Notes: generated by a model not told the origin, from the letters alone. Counted from the first letter of the stretch, positions 1-15,934 are shown. The stretch: DNA of 64,000 nt from Eledone cirrhosa (GCA_964016885.1 OZ024740.1:411122001-411186000), one strand, 5' to 3'. Numbers and translations: made by a program.

Positions 1-439
1 GGTGGCTAAAGTCACAATTCAATAAATTAATAAGAAAATTAACAATAACATACACAGATATAAACACGATCTCGGAAGGGAATGGAAGGGAATTTTGTTT
101 ATCAAGATTATGCGACTGTTAGATGACATGCATCCACAATAAGGTATATAGGTATTTAGTAAATATTCTAAATTTATATTAAATATTCCTCCTCCATGCT
201 GGCGTGTCGATGGTGACATGCTTATATATGTGTAGCTCAGTTATATAATGTTTATCAGTTGGGATCTCATAGAAGAACACGGAACAAACAGATAAATAAA
301 TAGATGAATAAATCGGTAAATAAACGTGATACATCACAGATATGGTGGGCGTGACATAAAGATTGTAAAGCCAAACAGTATACAAAATAAAGTGTAATGT
401 TTGAAATAAAATGCCTAGAGTATAGAGTTTGAACTTTAA

Positions 440-632
440 TCTTATATAATATAATATAATATAATATATTATAATATAATATTTTATAATATAATATGAT
501 ATAATTTAATATAATATAATTTAATATAATACAATTTAATATAATATATATAATATATGATATAATATAATATAATATAATATAATATAATTTAATATAA
601 CATAATATAGTATAATATTATATAGTATAACA
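440..632. repeat. (ATATA/ATAAT)n pentanucleotide low-complexity tract
   Basis: Degenerate tandem atata/ataat units. Confidence 0.9.
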
Positions 633-912
633 TATGTTAAGATGACTTTTAATCCAACATACCGTCATACAACATAATAGGGAACAACATAATATGAAGT
701 ATATTATACAGAATATATAGAACAGTATGTTTACGAAACAGAAATTACAAAATTTGTGGTGCAAAAATTGCATGACGGTCCACATACAAATCGAACCGCT
801 TCTAAATTTCCGAGGATTTCCATATGAATCGCATTTACACTGTGCTGAGCTCGGATATATCGTGCATTAACTGTTATCAAAGTAAAATACACACATGCAC
901 AAACAATATACA

Positions 913-1191
<279 letters not shown>

Positions 1192-1381
1192 ATATATATA
1201 TAAGAAGACGGCCTGATCGTGCCTATATGTAAGGTCTGATAGTATACAGTTATATAACTGCTATAGATTAGACAATATATCCATATGATCGACCCTCCGA
1301 AACGATCGTAAAACAATGATATGAATAGGTGAAATAACTTGACTTTGTTGTTTTTATTTTCATTGTTGATTTAATACCTAA

Positions 1382-1433
<52 letters not shown>

Positions 1434-1447
1434 CCCCTCTCTCTCTC

Positions 1448-1479
<32 letters not shown>
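1382..1479. repeat. Compound (TATC)n(CT)n(AT)n(GT)n microsatellite
   Basis: Directly visible. Confidence 0.95.
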
Positions 1480-1541
1480 GTAAAGGACCGATTAGTTTTT
1501 TAAAAGTGTGTACAATGGCGGTAGAAAATATACGAAGGGTA

Positions 1542-1588
1542 AAGAAGAAGAAGAAGAAGAAGAAGAAGAAGAAGAAGAAGAAGAAGAA
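1542..1588. repeat. (GAA)n microsatellite
   Basis: Directly visible. Confidence 0.95.
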
Positions 1589-1933
1589 TGTAGAGGGAGA
1601 AACTACTGTCATATCATTTATTGACCTTAAAAGAATGAAAAAAAAGTTAACCTCGGTGGATTTGAACTCAGTTTGTATTTAGCTAGAATGAATATCTGAC
1701 ATAATGATTCTGTCAAAGTCACAGAATATCGTTAATAAAACTGTTTTTTAAAATATTTGACTTTGACATCAGTGACATCAATTCCTTCTATACGATTCAT
1801 TGAGACATATATTTTACCCCTTTCTTTTTTGTTGGGGGTGGGTGATATATGCATCCATTTATTGTTCTGGATAAAACATAAGGTTGAATCCAGTTAAAAT
1901 ATATTAATCAAATATAAGAAGTTTTATTTTATA

Positions 1934-2920
1934 CTAGCAGTGGTACTCGGCGTTGCACAGGATAATGTATTTTAGAACGCGGGCTGCCAACAGATCTAAT
2001 CGTGGAAAATCTGCATGCGTGGACAATATCTAAAGAAAAGAAACCGAATACTCTGATGGCTGGATAATCTTTAAGATTTTCCTCGATGAAGCAGGAAAAA
2101 TGCAGGTTTTCACCTAATGCGGGCCCTAGGGGATCAAGAAAATGAATTTTTTTTATGTGCATAATATGCCTTGAAATTTCGGGAAAATCGGCTAGACGTA
2201 ACGCCTCAAAAATCCTTGAAAAGCTGAAAAAATGAAGTTTTTCACCTAATGCGGGTCCTAGACCATAACAAAGGTGGATTTTCTTTGCTCACGGTATGAA
2301 GAAGAGACTGACTAAAACATAGTTACAATTTCAAGGAAATCAGTCTGACGTAATGACTCAAAAAACCCTAAAAACCTAAAAGAACGCAGTCTTTCAACTA
2401 ATGCGGGCCTTAGGAGATCAACAAGTTGAATTTGTTTATGTGCGTAACACTCCCTGAAACATAAGTAAGACACATGTAAAGTTTGAAAAAAATCGGTTGG
2501 GTACGTCTTGAGTTTTAGTGATTCAAACTCCCCCCCCCCCCACACACACACACAAATACACACACACAAACACACACACACATACACACACGCATACACA
2601 CACACACACACACAGACACACAGACATCCTCAGGGAAGTGACGTAATGCAGACAATCAGACATACAGCCAGATATTATATAGGTGCGACGTTATATGTAT
2701 GTATCTATCTAAAAAGAGAAACACTAAGAATTATAGAGAGAGATCGCTAAATCGCCTAATGCGGTCCCTATGTCATTGAAAATTGTTTTTGCTCATAACT
2801 CCCCAAACCATAAGTATTATATGTGTAAAATTTGAAAAGAGTCGGTTCGGTGGTGCTCGAGTTTTAGGGATTCAAACTCACACACACACAGACAGACATC
2901 CTCACTTTTATATATATAGA
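1934..2920 (-). mobile_element. Non-autonomous Helitron, long form (about 990 bp)
   Basis: Minus strand reads A|TCTATATATATAAAAGTGAGGATGTCTG...GC-rich subterminal hairpin...CTAG|T; internal 130-150 bp subrepeats (cacctaatgcgggccctag); homologous to 27177 and 42926. Confidence 0.85.
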
Positions 2921-2994
2921 TATATACTACTATGATTATACTGCAAAACAAGACTTATAAGGGCTAAGCAAATATTCTTTAAGCAAAGCTAGTG

Positions 2995-3325
2995 GGGATG
3001 CAGGATTAGTCAATGACGATTCGAGCATGTAGGTTTTACGAATTACATCTTATCTGTATCACTAATGAGCGATCGGACACCCACACATGACTTACCATTC
3101 CACAAACATTTAAGTTAATTTTCGTCGTGACGGAGTGTATGACATGGCTAGCCCTTTGAATTACAGATACAATCCATTTGATGGTCCTCTAAAGAATTTT
3201 AGTCAGTCTAGTGTTACTCAGAAGGTATGGATCAGTCCGAGGATATGTTAAATAGCGCTGGGGTATAGAAACCTGGACCTAATGATTATAAATCATAGCA
3301 CTCCACCATACGGCCACTCGCACAC
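2995..3325 (-). mobile_element. Old tRNA-derived SINE, second family
   Basis: Minus strand starts gtgcgagTGGCCGTATGG (A-box-like) with a degenerate B box (ggtttctatacc); single diverged copy. Confidence 0.45.
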
Positions 3326-3569
3326 ACGTCTCTATATGTGTGCCGGTGTGTGACTATGTGAATATAAATTTGGAGAATATCCATAAGATTAATGAAATAC
3401 ATACATTTTTATAATGAGAGATGAATACAAAAACTCTAAATGAAATTTCCACTAAAATGTCTGATCATTATCTCTTCTTAAGAAAGAATAGGTAGTGACA
3501 AAATAATTGAGTTTTCTATTCAATAAATAAAACAATTCATAATTCACCCCCCCCCCCACGCGCGCGCGC

Positions 3570-3572
3570 GCA

Positions 3573-3653
<81 letters not shown>

Positions 3654-3655
3654 AC
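3570..3655. repeat. (CA)n microsatellite
   Basis: Directly visible. Confidence 0.95.
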
Positions 3656-5573
3656 AAATAATGCAACTCGATTAAGGAAACGCGTGTCGCATTAATTGCT
3701 TTTTAATTCCATTTAGTTTCCTCAATATTTAATGAAGGAATAATTTATTAGATATCAACGGCCAGGTTTGAATTTTTTAATTCTCACTGTATTCTTCCTC
3801 TGGTGAAATCAAGTCCCTCCAGCTGTATAACCGCAAGATTAGAACTATGTGACTCTGGATGTTGCTGATTAATGTTTGAGGGTCTTGGTTTAGCGGATGT
3901 TTTCTAGATGAAGCCGAAATGTTATGATTTTAGAAGTGTATTATTTCAATCAATAGAGAAGTGTTATATCCACTCATCACCTAATGTTAAGCCCGATACT
4001 TCTTAAACAATTTTATACGATGGGCGACAAATTTACATTATCCCCCGTTTAATATTTGTAATTGCGGATCCGATAGAGCAATAAATCATGTGACAAATTC
4101 TTCACTCTTCTTTTAATTAGACACACAGACATCAACTTTTAAAGTATTTAAAATTGGACATTTGAGGCTTGAGAATCGGGGAAGATGTCAGTTTGATGTC
4201 ATCTATTCATTAGCTTATGTGTACACTTATAACATGAATAGATATGTTCATATTAAATATGTATTTCAGTTGGGATTTGATATCTGCAACTACAGATCTG
4301 GCCATTTAATACATACATTGTATACAGTTATAAATATTTACTAGTTGTAACCCAACAATTTAAATATAACTTTCCACATACATTGTATTATATGTATTTT
4401 CTTTATCTCGAGATATATGGAATGTTTACGAATAGAAATGAGAAAGCCTTTAGGTCTGAAATTTGGTAACTGATGATGTAGAGCCATCTAGCGGATTCCA
4501 GCAGAAGCAGAGGCAGGTAACTCTTGACAATCATTAAATATGACTGGTCGTTATCAAGAGAGTGCGCCGTTACCCTACTCTCTGCTGGAACAACATAGGC
4601 AAAAATATATAGTTTGACGCCGATATACATAGGCTGATTGGCCTCATTTTCACATGGAACTGTTGGGCGCCGTATATTATTTAATCAGCAAGTTAATATC
4701 AACAATTTTATATAACAATCTTCAACAAATATAATCATATATCACAGATTATAAACTTCCTGAATACCTATTTTATTTTACTCTATTAAATTATTGCTAG
4801 TGGTAGCTGATAGCACTTTATGCTAAATATTATAATCGGTGATTACAATTCATAAATGCAATCATATTAATATAGCTGAACTTCTTTTTCGGGCCTATCT
4901 GTTTATGAAGGATTACATTTTTCATTGTTGAAATTTAAGGTATTGTTATCCTAATCACAACAAAAAGATTAAACCACCTAATTATTAATAAATTATGGAA
5001 AATGACATCATTGATAGTTAATTGTAAATACCATGTGATAATATCTGATAAATGAGTCTGTTTTGTTAATGTGTATTTATATATTTTAAGGTCTTTATAT
5101 CCATATCTATTGCTATAAGCAACAGCACAGTTTCAAGGTCATAAATTAGTATTAAAAGCAAATTATTACACGTATTTATGATCATTAGCGCCGTTCGTTA
5201 TGTTTCCTACCAGCTAATCATCGGTTCAATGCATTCCCAAAGGTGAGAATGACATTAGGCATTTATACTCTCAGCATTAGAAAGCATATTTTGTGGATAT
5301 GGCAAGAGTTATATTAGACTGTATCGTTTGTCCATGTTGTTGAGAATCTTATGTTGTATGTTGTAGGTAGAGCTTTTTGGCAGTCTCCGCTCCATCAACT
5401 GCAATGATCTGATGCAATTTCTGTCAAACTGTATTCAGTTTGTCGAGTATAATTTGTAGGACTTTCGGCTTGTATAGACAGAAGTATCCAAGAATACTTC
5501 GGGTTTATATTTTATAAACGGATACACTTATTTTCTTTGTTCATCCGAGTGGTCTGATATATTCTGTAGCTCA

Positions 5574-5753
5574 GTTTCTACGTTTGGCACAAGGCCAGCA
5601 ATTACCCAGTACATTACTTTATTTTATCGACCTCTTAAGGATGAAAGGTAAAGTTAACCTCGGCGGGATTTGAACTCAGACCATAAAGGGCTGTAACTAT
5701 TTGCTACAAAGCATGTCGTCTGACCCTCTACCGATACTGCCAATCCACCGCCC
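5574..5753 (-). mobile_element. tRNA-head/Nin-domain SINE
   Basis: Reverse complement has A box TGGCAGTATCGG, B box GAGTTCAAATCC, core CCTTTCATCCTT..GGTCGATAAAATAAAGTA and tail CTGGCCTTGTGCCAAA.GTAGAAAC. Confidence 0.9.
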
Positions 5754-8625
5754 TATATATTACATATAATGTAAGTATGTTCTGCCCACATCTAACTGTA
5801 GACTATAACTACAGCAAAATTCGTAAGTTACTTGTTCGTACGCCACCTGATTTGGGGTGCAAAGTTTGATATATTTCTTGACTTGATACATTACGGTTGT
5901 AAATTTTGATGGCTCACATGTTCCTTTTCAAGCATTTGCAAAGCCGTTTATACTGGAAACGTCTCAATTTAATCTAGCTGCCTTTGCATTGTTTTCCCTT
6001 CCAATATTGTTGATGAAACAGCGTGGAGTTGTCAGCGTAGAAGCACTGATCACGGTTACGAGCGTTTACTATCTGGATCTTCTATGAATAGTGACAACAG
6101 ATGTAGCTCAACTATTGAAGATTTTGAACTTGATGTATTAATGTTTAATGGATCAATGTTAAAGGGAAGGAGTCAACCTGATTTATCAACTGTTGATACT
6201 GACGTGAACCTAATTTGACGTTAAAGTTTAATGTATGCCCTAGGACCACTTTACAGTAGTTATTCTAGGTATTGTTGGAAACAATCAGAATATCCCTTAT
6301 TTTGCAATATAATTTGGTCGGAAGACATATTGCTTGTGAAAGATGAATTAATATTTTTGAAAATGACATTTGAGTTCTTTTGGTTCTATTGATTCCTTTG
6401 TTGCTGATGATGAGTAATTAATTTGTTATTTTTCATGTATCTGATCCTATCTGAAAATAACAGAGGTGATATACCAACCGCGAAATACCTTTGGGAATGT
6501 TAGAGCAAAGCCGATGGTTTCACAATGTTCGGTATTTATTTTTATTGTATGTTTAGCGGGGTAGATCATGCCATGCAGCCATATATCTGCGGAGATGATC
6601 ATTTTCAATCGAATATTCTTCCAGAATGTACACATATTGTCTTACTTCTATCAAATTGGCATCATAGCTTGAAGAGCGTTATCATTTAGTAGTCTGTATT
6701 ATATCTGGGGACAGTTAGCTCTATTGATGAATCTAAAAATATTTCAATAGAAGATATTAATATAAACCTAGGTTGGTGAGTTCGAGTATTTCGGAATTAA
6801 ATCTACGAGTATGTATATCTATAATTGTCAGGTCCTCGTAATGTGGTCTGGTTGTTTATGCACGTTAAGTCCAGTCGAAGAATAAAATAAATTTGAGGAG
6901 CGGTTGACCATTTTCATTTACGGGTGTCTAGTAGATATTATGTGTGATAGTCCATTGAATTTGAATACACAGGCTGGCTTCTAGGTAAATCAGTAAAATT
7001 GGAACTGTCCATTTCGATGCTCGTTTGTGAAAATATTTTTATGCATGTCAATTTGTTTGGCGAGGGGCTTTGTCAAGTTTAATCATTTTGTTTGTTGAAT
7101 GTGTTTGCTGGTCCATAGTGGCATATGTTTGAAAATATGGCACTTATGCAATGGTGAATTTAGTTTACTTTTCCTGTCGTATATTCTAAAAATGGTACCT
7201 GATGCGTTTCTAGTTCAGACAGGTCAGTTTCTCAGTGAAATGCATTTTCTGAGCTTTTGATGGTAGAAAAATCACATGTTGCCTATTGTACGTGCATACT
7301 GTGACTAGAGCCATGGATTCTGTATTTGGGGTGAAGGTGTAGAAAATCCATTTGTGGAGAACAGCCATTCGTAAATATATATAAGCTTAACATGTGATGT
7401 ATGTACGAAAGTGGGCTTTAGTTTTTTAGCTACTGCTTCAAAATTTCAAATGAATTTTTCATTATATCAGCATACAAATTACGTCTCAGCTCATAAACAA
7501 GTCGGTTGGTGTTGTTCTTATTTAGACACAAGTTAACCCTGATAGAGCATTCCTATGATGTAGATTGTTCCAGCCTTGATCATCCTGACATTTGTCTGAT
7601 ATAATATACTTTCAACATCAGTGTTAAATATGTCTATGTTAAGATATTAACTTCAGGGAGCTGCAATTGTTGTAACACAATAATTGCCTGGGTATCATTT
7701 CGTTGCAACTGCTACTACTTCTCTAAGATTCAGTTCTTGATCTACCGTAGTAGGAGTAGTTCGATGCTGTTGCAGCTAGATGTCAGTCTGTTGATGTAGA
7801 CTGATCATTGAAGTGGTAGGAATCTGCATCTCATGAAACGTGGTCAGATAACCAATACAATGCCTACGTTGTGTATGTGTTTAAGTAGTAGAGAATTTGA
7901 AGTTATGATATATTTAATTCTAATTTTCCGTGGTAAGATATTTCGCTGTAAGTTTTTTATATATAGATTCTGTTTCTTTGAAATGTTTGCTACAACAAGA
8001 CACATTGAAGGCCGCTCAGTTATAACAGTACAATCCACATATTTCTGCGCGTAAGAATTAGCTGTTTGTCTTAATCGTAAATATCCTGAATTCTATAAAG
8101 CAGCCGATTACCTAAATTATTCCTTTTTCTATTGCATTTTCACCCTTGCCATCGTTAAAAGTTAAATATACATATATAATTAAAGCGGATACTGAAAGGT
8201 AGTGTCGCTATTTGCTTTGAATATTGTTATGAACATTGCGACACCTATGAAGCTATCTAAGGTTGTTATTGCTATTCAATAATTCAAGCTTCCTTTCTAA
8301 TGTATAATACTCAATGTGTTGGCTGGCTTCTTGGTTGATTAGATGGTCTAATGCCAGACTTAAGAACTTCTATAGAGATACAAGAGAGATAGATAGTGAA
8401 TTAGTACATGGGTTAAAGTAGCAACGAAGATACTGATCGAAGTTGCAGGTGAATAGCGAGAGAAAAAGACAGAGACAAATAAACGCTAGAGAGAGGGGGG
8501 GAGTGAGATAGAGAAAGGGTGAGAGAGGGGAAAAGAAAATGTGGTAGAGAATAACTATACAAACGCATACACACGATGACACAAACACACAAATATACAG
8601 ACACAAACCCATATATACAGACACC

Positions 8626-8634
<9 letters not shown>

Positions 8635-8696
<62 letters not shown>

Positions 8697-8707
8697 ACAC
8701 ACACACA
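8635..8707. repeat. (CA)n microsatellite
   Basis: Directly visible. Confidence 0.95.
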
Positions 8708-10284
8708 TTCACATACTCCCCTACCAATACATTTGAATGTCTTCTGCAGAGAATTTATACAATTTCGTTTTCTCTTCATTGTTCCCCATCTTTCCTGTCG
8801 AATGGAATAAACAGATATGTAAAGGTATATTTCGCTTCTCAAATACTTATCTTAATTTTTCGCAAATCCCTTCTTTCTTTAAATTTTGAATTTAATGTGA
8901 ATATAAAATTCATCAATTTTACAAAATCCTCCACACACCTGAAAAATGACTAAATCTGGTATGTTTATACACTCATACAGTTATTTTACAAATATTGGTT
9001 AATACTCTACTTTATATGCACAGGTATGTATTTGTCTTATACTTGCAATGTTACAGGCGTTATGAAATGGTGTATATATTTTTATATATTTACCCACTTT
9101 TCTCCACAGTGATAAATGTATACGTGCAACCTTACCTCCGATATGATGTGTAATGCTCTGTTTCATGTATTATACTTTAACGCAGCACTCAATTCCCTTT
9201 TATATGAAGCACACGGCAATATTTACACAATATATTATCATACGTCTAGAAAATGCTATACATGTAATTTCCTGTCCAGTTAATAAAATCCCACTTAAAT
9301 AACAGAATATCTTCCGTCTAAAATGTATTAGTTTTAGACGTACTTACCAGAACCTATAGATCCAATCTCTTGAATGATACATGCTAGTATTTACCTCACA
9401 ACATTATATTGAACATACTTCAGATTGCAAATAAGAAAATGAATGTTATAAATCGCTACGTTTTCTTTGTTTGTTCCTGATACTTTCAAGTCTAGGTGTT
9501 GTTTTTAAAATTTTCCATTTTATTTGCTTAATATATCTTGTGTTCTTCCATCGCAACCAACTGGCGGTACATTCTAGGTGCGGCTCTGGCATGACAGATT
9601 TCTATTCACAACTGGGAGGAGAAAATCAGACCGCACTGGCACTTTGAATTTCACCGGAGTTTACGTTCTTATAGTTTTTGTTATTTGAGTTGAGCAGTAG
9701 ATGTTTGGGAAGCAAAATCTTGCGGAAATAAAATGATTGTACAGGATGATCTTCATTAAAGATCCCTAAAAATTCAAGTAATTTAATTGACGTCTGGTAA
9801 TGAATAATAGGAAGGTCTGGATAGATAGGAGGAGACTTTTGCAAACGTGAAGAACATCTTGTAAGAGTTGCAATAATGAGTCAACGTTGAAAAGGCGGTG
9901 ATGGTTATTTTTCTTCTGTCTTCAGTAAGTTTTATCTATATAGTAGTGACACGGTTGTCATCAAACAGGCTTAGGGCTTATGGGTTATTAATTTCATGAG
10001 AATATGGAAATACACTTTTAGAATGATTTTATTCATCGTGATATTTATCAAATTCATGAGAGAGAAATTCCATTGCCTGTCATAACTAAACATTTTTAGA
10101 GCTAGAGTAATTATGACTAGCTATTTTGATCGAAAACTATATGGTTCTAGTAAAGGTGCTGATTAATATGCAATTGGATTAGTATATACTGTGTTGATAA
10201 AACAATGGTCAAATTGTCTCGAGTCTGAGATACAATGGAAATGGAGGGTTTCGAGAGGAATAAGACAATAATATTATTTCATAA

Positions 10285-10464
10285 TTGGCAGTATCGGTAG
10301 AGAGTTGGACGCCATGCTTTCTAGCATAGTTACGTCCCTTTACGGTCTGAGTTCAAATCCCGTCGGGGTTAACTTTGCCTTTCATCCTTATGGGGTCGAT
10401 AAAACAAAGTACCAGTAATGTACTGGGTAATTGCTGGCTTTGTGCCAAAAGTAGAAACAATTAT
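10285..10464 (+). mobile_element. tRNA-head/Nin-domain SINE
   Basis: Same family; attatttcat on both flanks (probable TSD). Confidence 0.9.
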
Positions 10465-11929
10465 TTCATTAGGAAATGTATGCGTATAAGATGAAATCAG
10501 TTTAAATGCATAGTGATATTTGATGAGTGTTAATCGTCCAGCTTGTATCATGCTCTTCATGATATGAATCAGTACAGAAATGCAAATAGAGTGTTGGCAC
10601 TCTACCTTCTTATCCATTACAGACTACAATTCGTTTGCATCACTTCATGTTCACTTGCAAAATGAAGTTTGACGTGTGAGAGCAGTGATGTAAATAGAAT
10701 ATACACAAAATGTAGTCGATCATCAGCAAGGAATAATATATGATACTAGTATCGATATATTTTTTATAGCTAGTTAAGTGAAATAAAATATGCAAAGCTT
10801 TGCTCGCTATCACATATTATATTAATTGTTGCATTATAGCTCGATTAAATAGCGTTCAAAACAATTGCATGATTTAACGAAGTAACGTTATTTCTGTATT
10901 AATGATTGAAACAATTTTCAATAGTTCAGTCCTTCTAATTATATATTTGTAATGAATTCTATATTACTATATGCTGTATACAAATGATTTAAAAATGCCT
11001 GACCGGGTTTGGGGAAGGTACGTCGTCACTATTAGATAATAAAACGGGTGCTGGATCCAATACGTTAACTTTGAAGGAGGCGAACCTGTTCTATTAGAAG
11101 CTCGAATTTGTTATAAGAACTAGAGACTGATTCTGATTGTTCCCCAAATAAGTGTTTACACTACTGCGAACCAGTCTCCATCGAATGTGACATCATCATA
11201 TAAATAATAAGTTATACCTGGCATACATCACAGTATTTTAAAGAAAATATTTATGCTATGTATAAGATATGTCACATTTACCAATATATAACATAACCAT
11301 GTAGTGCTTTTTGATATCTCAGCTATTTTAAAATACACAAGTTTGTTAGTTGTTAAAATATAGTCGTGTTTTATTTTCTTTCCAATGCAAAACTATTGAT
11401 TATGTCTGTTCCAGCTACTTATTTGTTGCCTTGTTATAGTACTATAACCTCAATTCACAACATTATTACTGTGAAATTGCACATTCTATCTACAACTTTT
11501 CTAGTGACGAAATATATAAAAGAAAGGTCAGAAATATTTAGGTACTTTCGAGATCAGGATGATCACTTTTACGAAAAGTAATTGTTGTTAGTGATATAAC
11601 GAAATGGCAAGTGACAAAAAAAAAAAAATGGGATTATACATAAAAATATTATGCAGAATTGACATTTTTATTGTAACATTTCAGGTATGCAGTGGAATTA
11701 ATTCAGTGGAGATTATAACAATGATACAAAGAGTAGAGAGAGCAAAACTAGATGAAAAGATTCAATATAGAAGTGGTGAATGCAGAACTAATGAAAAATC
11801 TGTCATAAAATATTCTTTAGATGTTAAGAGTTCGTCATAATATTACACCTTTATTGGCAATATCATAATGAAATCAATAAAACACATAAAATTGTGACGT
11901 TATCTCCCCCGCTCTTTCCCTTTCTCTCT

Positions 11930-12076
<147 letters not shown>

Positions 12077-12470
12077 TATAAACATATGTAATGAATTACG
12101 TATGGCCATTTATAAGATAATCCTGCCGTTATATTCATCTTATTTTATATACGTTTAAGTGTCAAAAATATTTTACACTTATAATTTGATCATTGACTGC
12201 CAATTCCCTTCGAGGTAAACTTGTTTCCAATTCTTTCCTCTCTGCCTTTCAAAAGTGTATTTTGTTTGATTCTGTACCTCTTGAACACCAGGCTACTGTG
12301 TATGACTACATAGATACAAAACTACTGGGTAATTGAATCTATTCCTTTCTCTACGAACTTGGGTATATATATGTGTAAATATGTAACAATTTGCCCGAAA
12401 CTTTTGTGTATTTTTAAATTACTGTTTGGTTTATTTATTCATTAATCTCAAATCATTATATATTTTTTAA

Positions 12471-12611
12471 GGGCGGTGGATTGGCAGAATTGGTAGAGGG
12501 TCGGACGCGATGCTTTGCAGCATAGAGTTACGTCCCTTTATAATTTGAGTTCAAATCCCACCGAGGTTAACTTTGCCTTTCGTCCTTACGGGGTCGATAA
12601 AATAAAGTACC
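12471..12611 (+). mobile_element. tRNA-head/Nin-domain SINE, 3' tail missing
   Basis: gggcggtggattggcag...gagttcaaatccc...gggtcgataaaataaagtacc. Confidence 0.88.
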
Positions 12612-13549
12612 GTATTTCTGCAATAATTACCTACTGCTGACAAAAATAATGTACAAAACTTTGATATATGGACAAATTCAGAATTAAAATACTATATACA
12701 AATAACAAAAAAAGATAAAACCAGAACGAAAAATAAGGCTATAAATTAAATTGAGGAGCAGAACTTTAGGTTTTATCTCAACAGAATCCAACAACAGAGA
12801 GTACAAGTGGGAGCCAAGATGGAGAGACGTTTAAGGGATGAGTAATTCAAGTAGAATGGATACATATACACAGGATCCTATCATATGCTAGTCGGTGATA
12901 TTTAGCGAAGGTGTTTAATGCCTTATGTTGGCAGTTAAGGATTCTGACGTGTCAAGTGTTCAACTGATCTGATCCAGTCATAATATTCAAAACAGCCTTC
13001 ACACAAGGATTGCAGAGGCCTCTTTCACTTTGGAATGGATGAGCGAACATTAACACTGACCAAGAAAGTGTGTAATCCATATTATTCCGTTTTAAATCCT
13101 AAATTTGCTTTGGCTAGTGCAGTTGATGTACGTAGCCTAGGATTCTTTAATGAATGGATGTGGGAACCCACATATTCATATATTTTCCATTTAGAGGACA
13201 TTTATTAGCCTGCGGAGTCATCATTTGTTTTTGCACATGAGTTGATATTTAATATATGGGGAGGCTGGTTTAGATTGACACGTACGTTGTTCGATTCATC
13301 AAAGTGGTTATTTAGGTTCTTATATTGGTCCATACTTGATGCGCTATTCCTGATGGCGTAATAAATTCGTCGACTGTTTGCTGCATTAGGAATACATTTT
13401 ATGTGTTCTTCGTAGCCGGCTTTGTGGGATGCCATTATATAATAATCAGCATGTGCATTGTAGGCGGATTCAGAGGTGGACAGCCTGGTGATTCTAAGAG
13501 ATACATTTCCAATTATATGGTACCATTTAGGTACACTAATTGCGTCAGA

Positions 13550-14650
13550 TATTTCAGTGAGGCAAGATTCCGACTACCGTGCTATAACACGGCTTTCTGT
13601 GGCGAACAAGATCCTTGCTCGAGTTGTTCTCAACAGAATAATAGTTCATCGGGTAGATCATGTTTATCACGAATTCCACAGTGGCTTTAGAGCTGATCGA
13701 GTAACCATTGACATGATATATTGCTTTCTACGGGCTGCAAAGAAAGTACGAGAGAGGAGCGACGTATTTATAGTCACCTGTTGACGTAACAATTGTTTGG
13801 CCTAACAATAAGTGTGAAAAAGTTAGAAGTTATATACCAGCCAAAACCACAACCTATCTAAAGAAGAGATACAGTTCTACCTAGCCTCAATACGATGTAC
13901 CACCACGTCAAACGTTTGTGGACAATAAACATCTAAGCACTTCATTAGAATGATGAAATATTAAATATGATCGTCAAGGCTAGAAATTCCTTCGGAAAGC
14001 TTCAAGCAAATTTATGAAATGAGAGAGGATTGAGTTTGAGAAACAAAATATCAGTTTATCATGCAGTTGTAGTCCCAATACTGCTGTTTGGGTTTGAATC
14101 GTGGACACCATATAGAAATCGTATCACACTGCTAGATACCTTCTACAAGAAAAGTCTTAGAGTTATTACATTGAAGGACAAATATTTTAATTAACAGTTG
14201 TTTCATAAATGGGATATTCAAAACAAAGAAACCTTATTGATAAAGTTTCAGTTAAGATGAGCTGGTCTTGTCGCTAGGATTAATGATGAAAAACTGATGT
14301 AAATTCTCACATATCGTCGACTTCAAGCGAGAAGGTGAAACATAGGAACACCCCTTATAAGATACATGGATAAGCTGAAAAATATGTATATTGGAATATA
14401 AGCATCAGAATTTGAGAAATATGCGGTTGGCCGTAATGGATGGAGGAAATCTGTCAAAATTGCACCAGGAGCCATGTCAATACAAAGATTGAGCATCTAT
14501 GCAAGGTCTAATGATTACAGTACCTGTTCAACGTTTTGTGTGTGAAGGTACTGTCTGGTTTTCAAATGAAAGCAGAAGATACACACACTAATATGTGGGA
14601 TGACAAGAAAAGTAACATTTTAAACTCTCATGAGTCGAACGACGAGAGCG
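13550..14650 (+). mobile_element. Degenerate RTE-clade LINE remnant (RT region to 3' end, internally deleted)
   Basis: YRAITRLSVANKILARVVLNR...SGFRADRVTIDMIY, FGLTISVKKLEV, VYHAVVVPILLFGFESWTPY, QLR*AGLVAR; many stops; no YADD segment seen. Confidence 0.8.
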
Positions 14651-15819
14651 TGTACATATTTGAAACATGCACCAGTTTCTATTGTTCGTTCTTGTTTTTT
14701 GTTATTAAAATATAAAATTAGAAGTTTTGTAATTGCTGAAATCCCTAGTGAATTGGATATTTTGGTTTATATCATTGATGTAGGGTTTGAAATTCCTTGG
14801 TCAAGATTCTCCCTCCACAATATGAAACAGTAGCGCTTTAAGTTTTTATTTAGTCGCCGAAATTATTCCATTAAATCTTTTCTGTTTCTCTAAATTGTAA
14901 CCTAACTATAACTATAGATGTTAAAACTAAAATTGTAAATTTTCTACATGTAACATTTAACCTAAATACGGGTTACATAAGCGTTTCCATAATCCTGGGG
15001 AACAATATTTGAATGTTAGTAATCTATCTAATCGCCCAAAGTCTGTTAATAAATCTATCATCAATAATGTATATAATGTAATTTGGAAACTATCGCGGTG
15101 TAAAATTTGTCCAGAACACAGTACTATAACGAAGCATTGCTTATGTATATATATGTGCGCATGGAACTGTCGGAAATATATAATTGTTCTGGGCTTTCAC
15201 GTTTGCGGTATATTCTCGAAAGGAAATATTTTAAACAGTTCATTGACACTGTCCGTATCCAGTACAATTTATCTGGACGTATTCATAATGCTATTTGCTT
15301 ACACAGGGTTGGTAAATGTATACTTTATACTTTGCAAATTGTAAAGAAAATTCACTCCAATAAGAATAAATTGTTAGCCCTTTCAGTAAACTGGTTCCTA
15401 TTGTTTATTTGGAGACTGTCTGGTATTTCCGGCAATATAAATTAGCATATCAATTTCGATAAACTTTGTTTTCCTGAAGAGATGGTGCCAGATAAATTGA
15501 TGAATTATCAGTTTTTATTACATCGATAATGCAATTGTTTTAAATGCAATGTTTGAACTAATTTTATTTTTATCTGCTATAATGAAACCATATCTCGAAT
15601 AATAAATGTTGATTTGATGGATATCTTTATTTAACTTTCTATAATCACATATTATGCCTTATAAAAACTTTTGTCTTCAATTATCCTGACCTTACACAAC
15701 ACCCCACCACCTTGGAGTACTTTGATTTTTCACGATTGCTGATGATTATAATACACCGAGCTTATGTATAACTTGATATGTATGAATTAAATGGAAACGT
15801 CGTTTTAGACATACATTCC

Positions 15820-15934
<115 letters not shown>

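Noticed and set aside
1280-1315. GAAA-CGATCG-TA palindromic helix-III-like motif
   Set aside because: No intact CUGANGA or helix I; at best a decayed remnant
4400-8100. Possible coding or LINE relics in AT-rich unique sequence
   Set aside because: No recognisable conserved motif could be read; needs RepeatMasker or BLASTX
9130-9400. Minus-strand splice-donor-like sites (GTAAGG, GTAAGT)
   Set aside because: No convincing exon frame or recognisable protein; such motifs occur by chance
10285-10365. SINE heads as tRNA genes
   Set aside because: A and B boxes are present, but there is no cloverleaf and they are followed by SINE core, tail and TSDs
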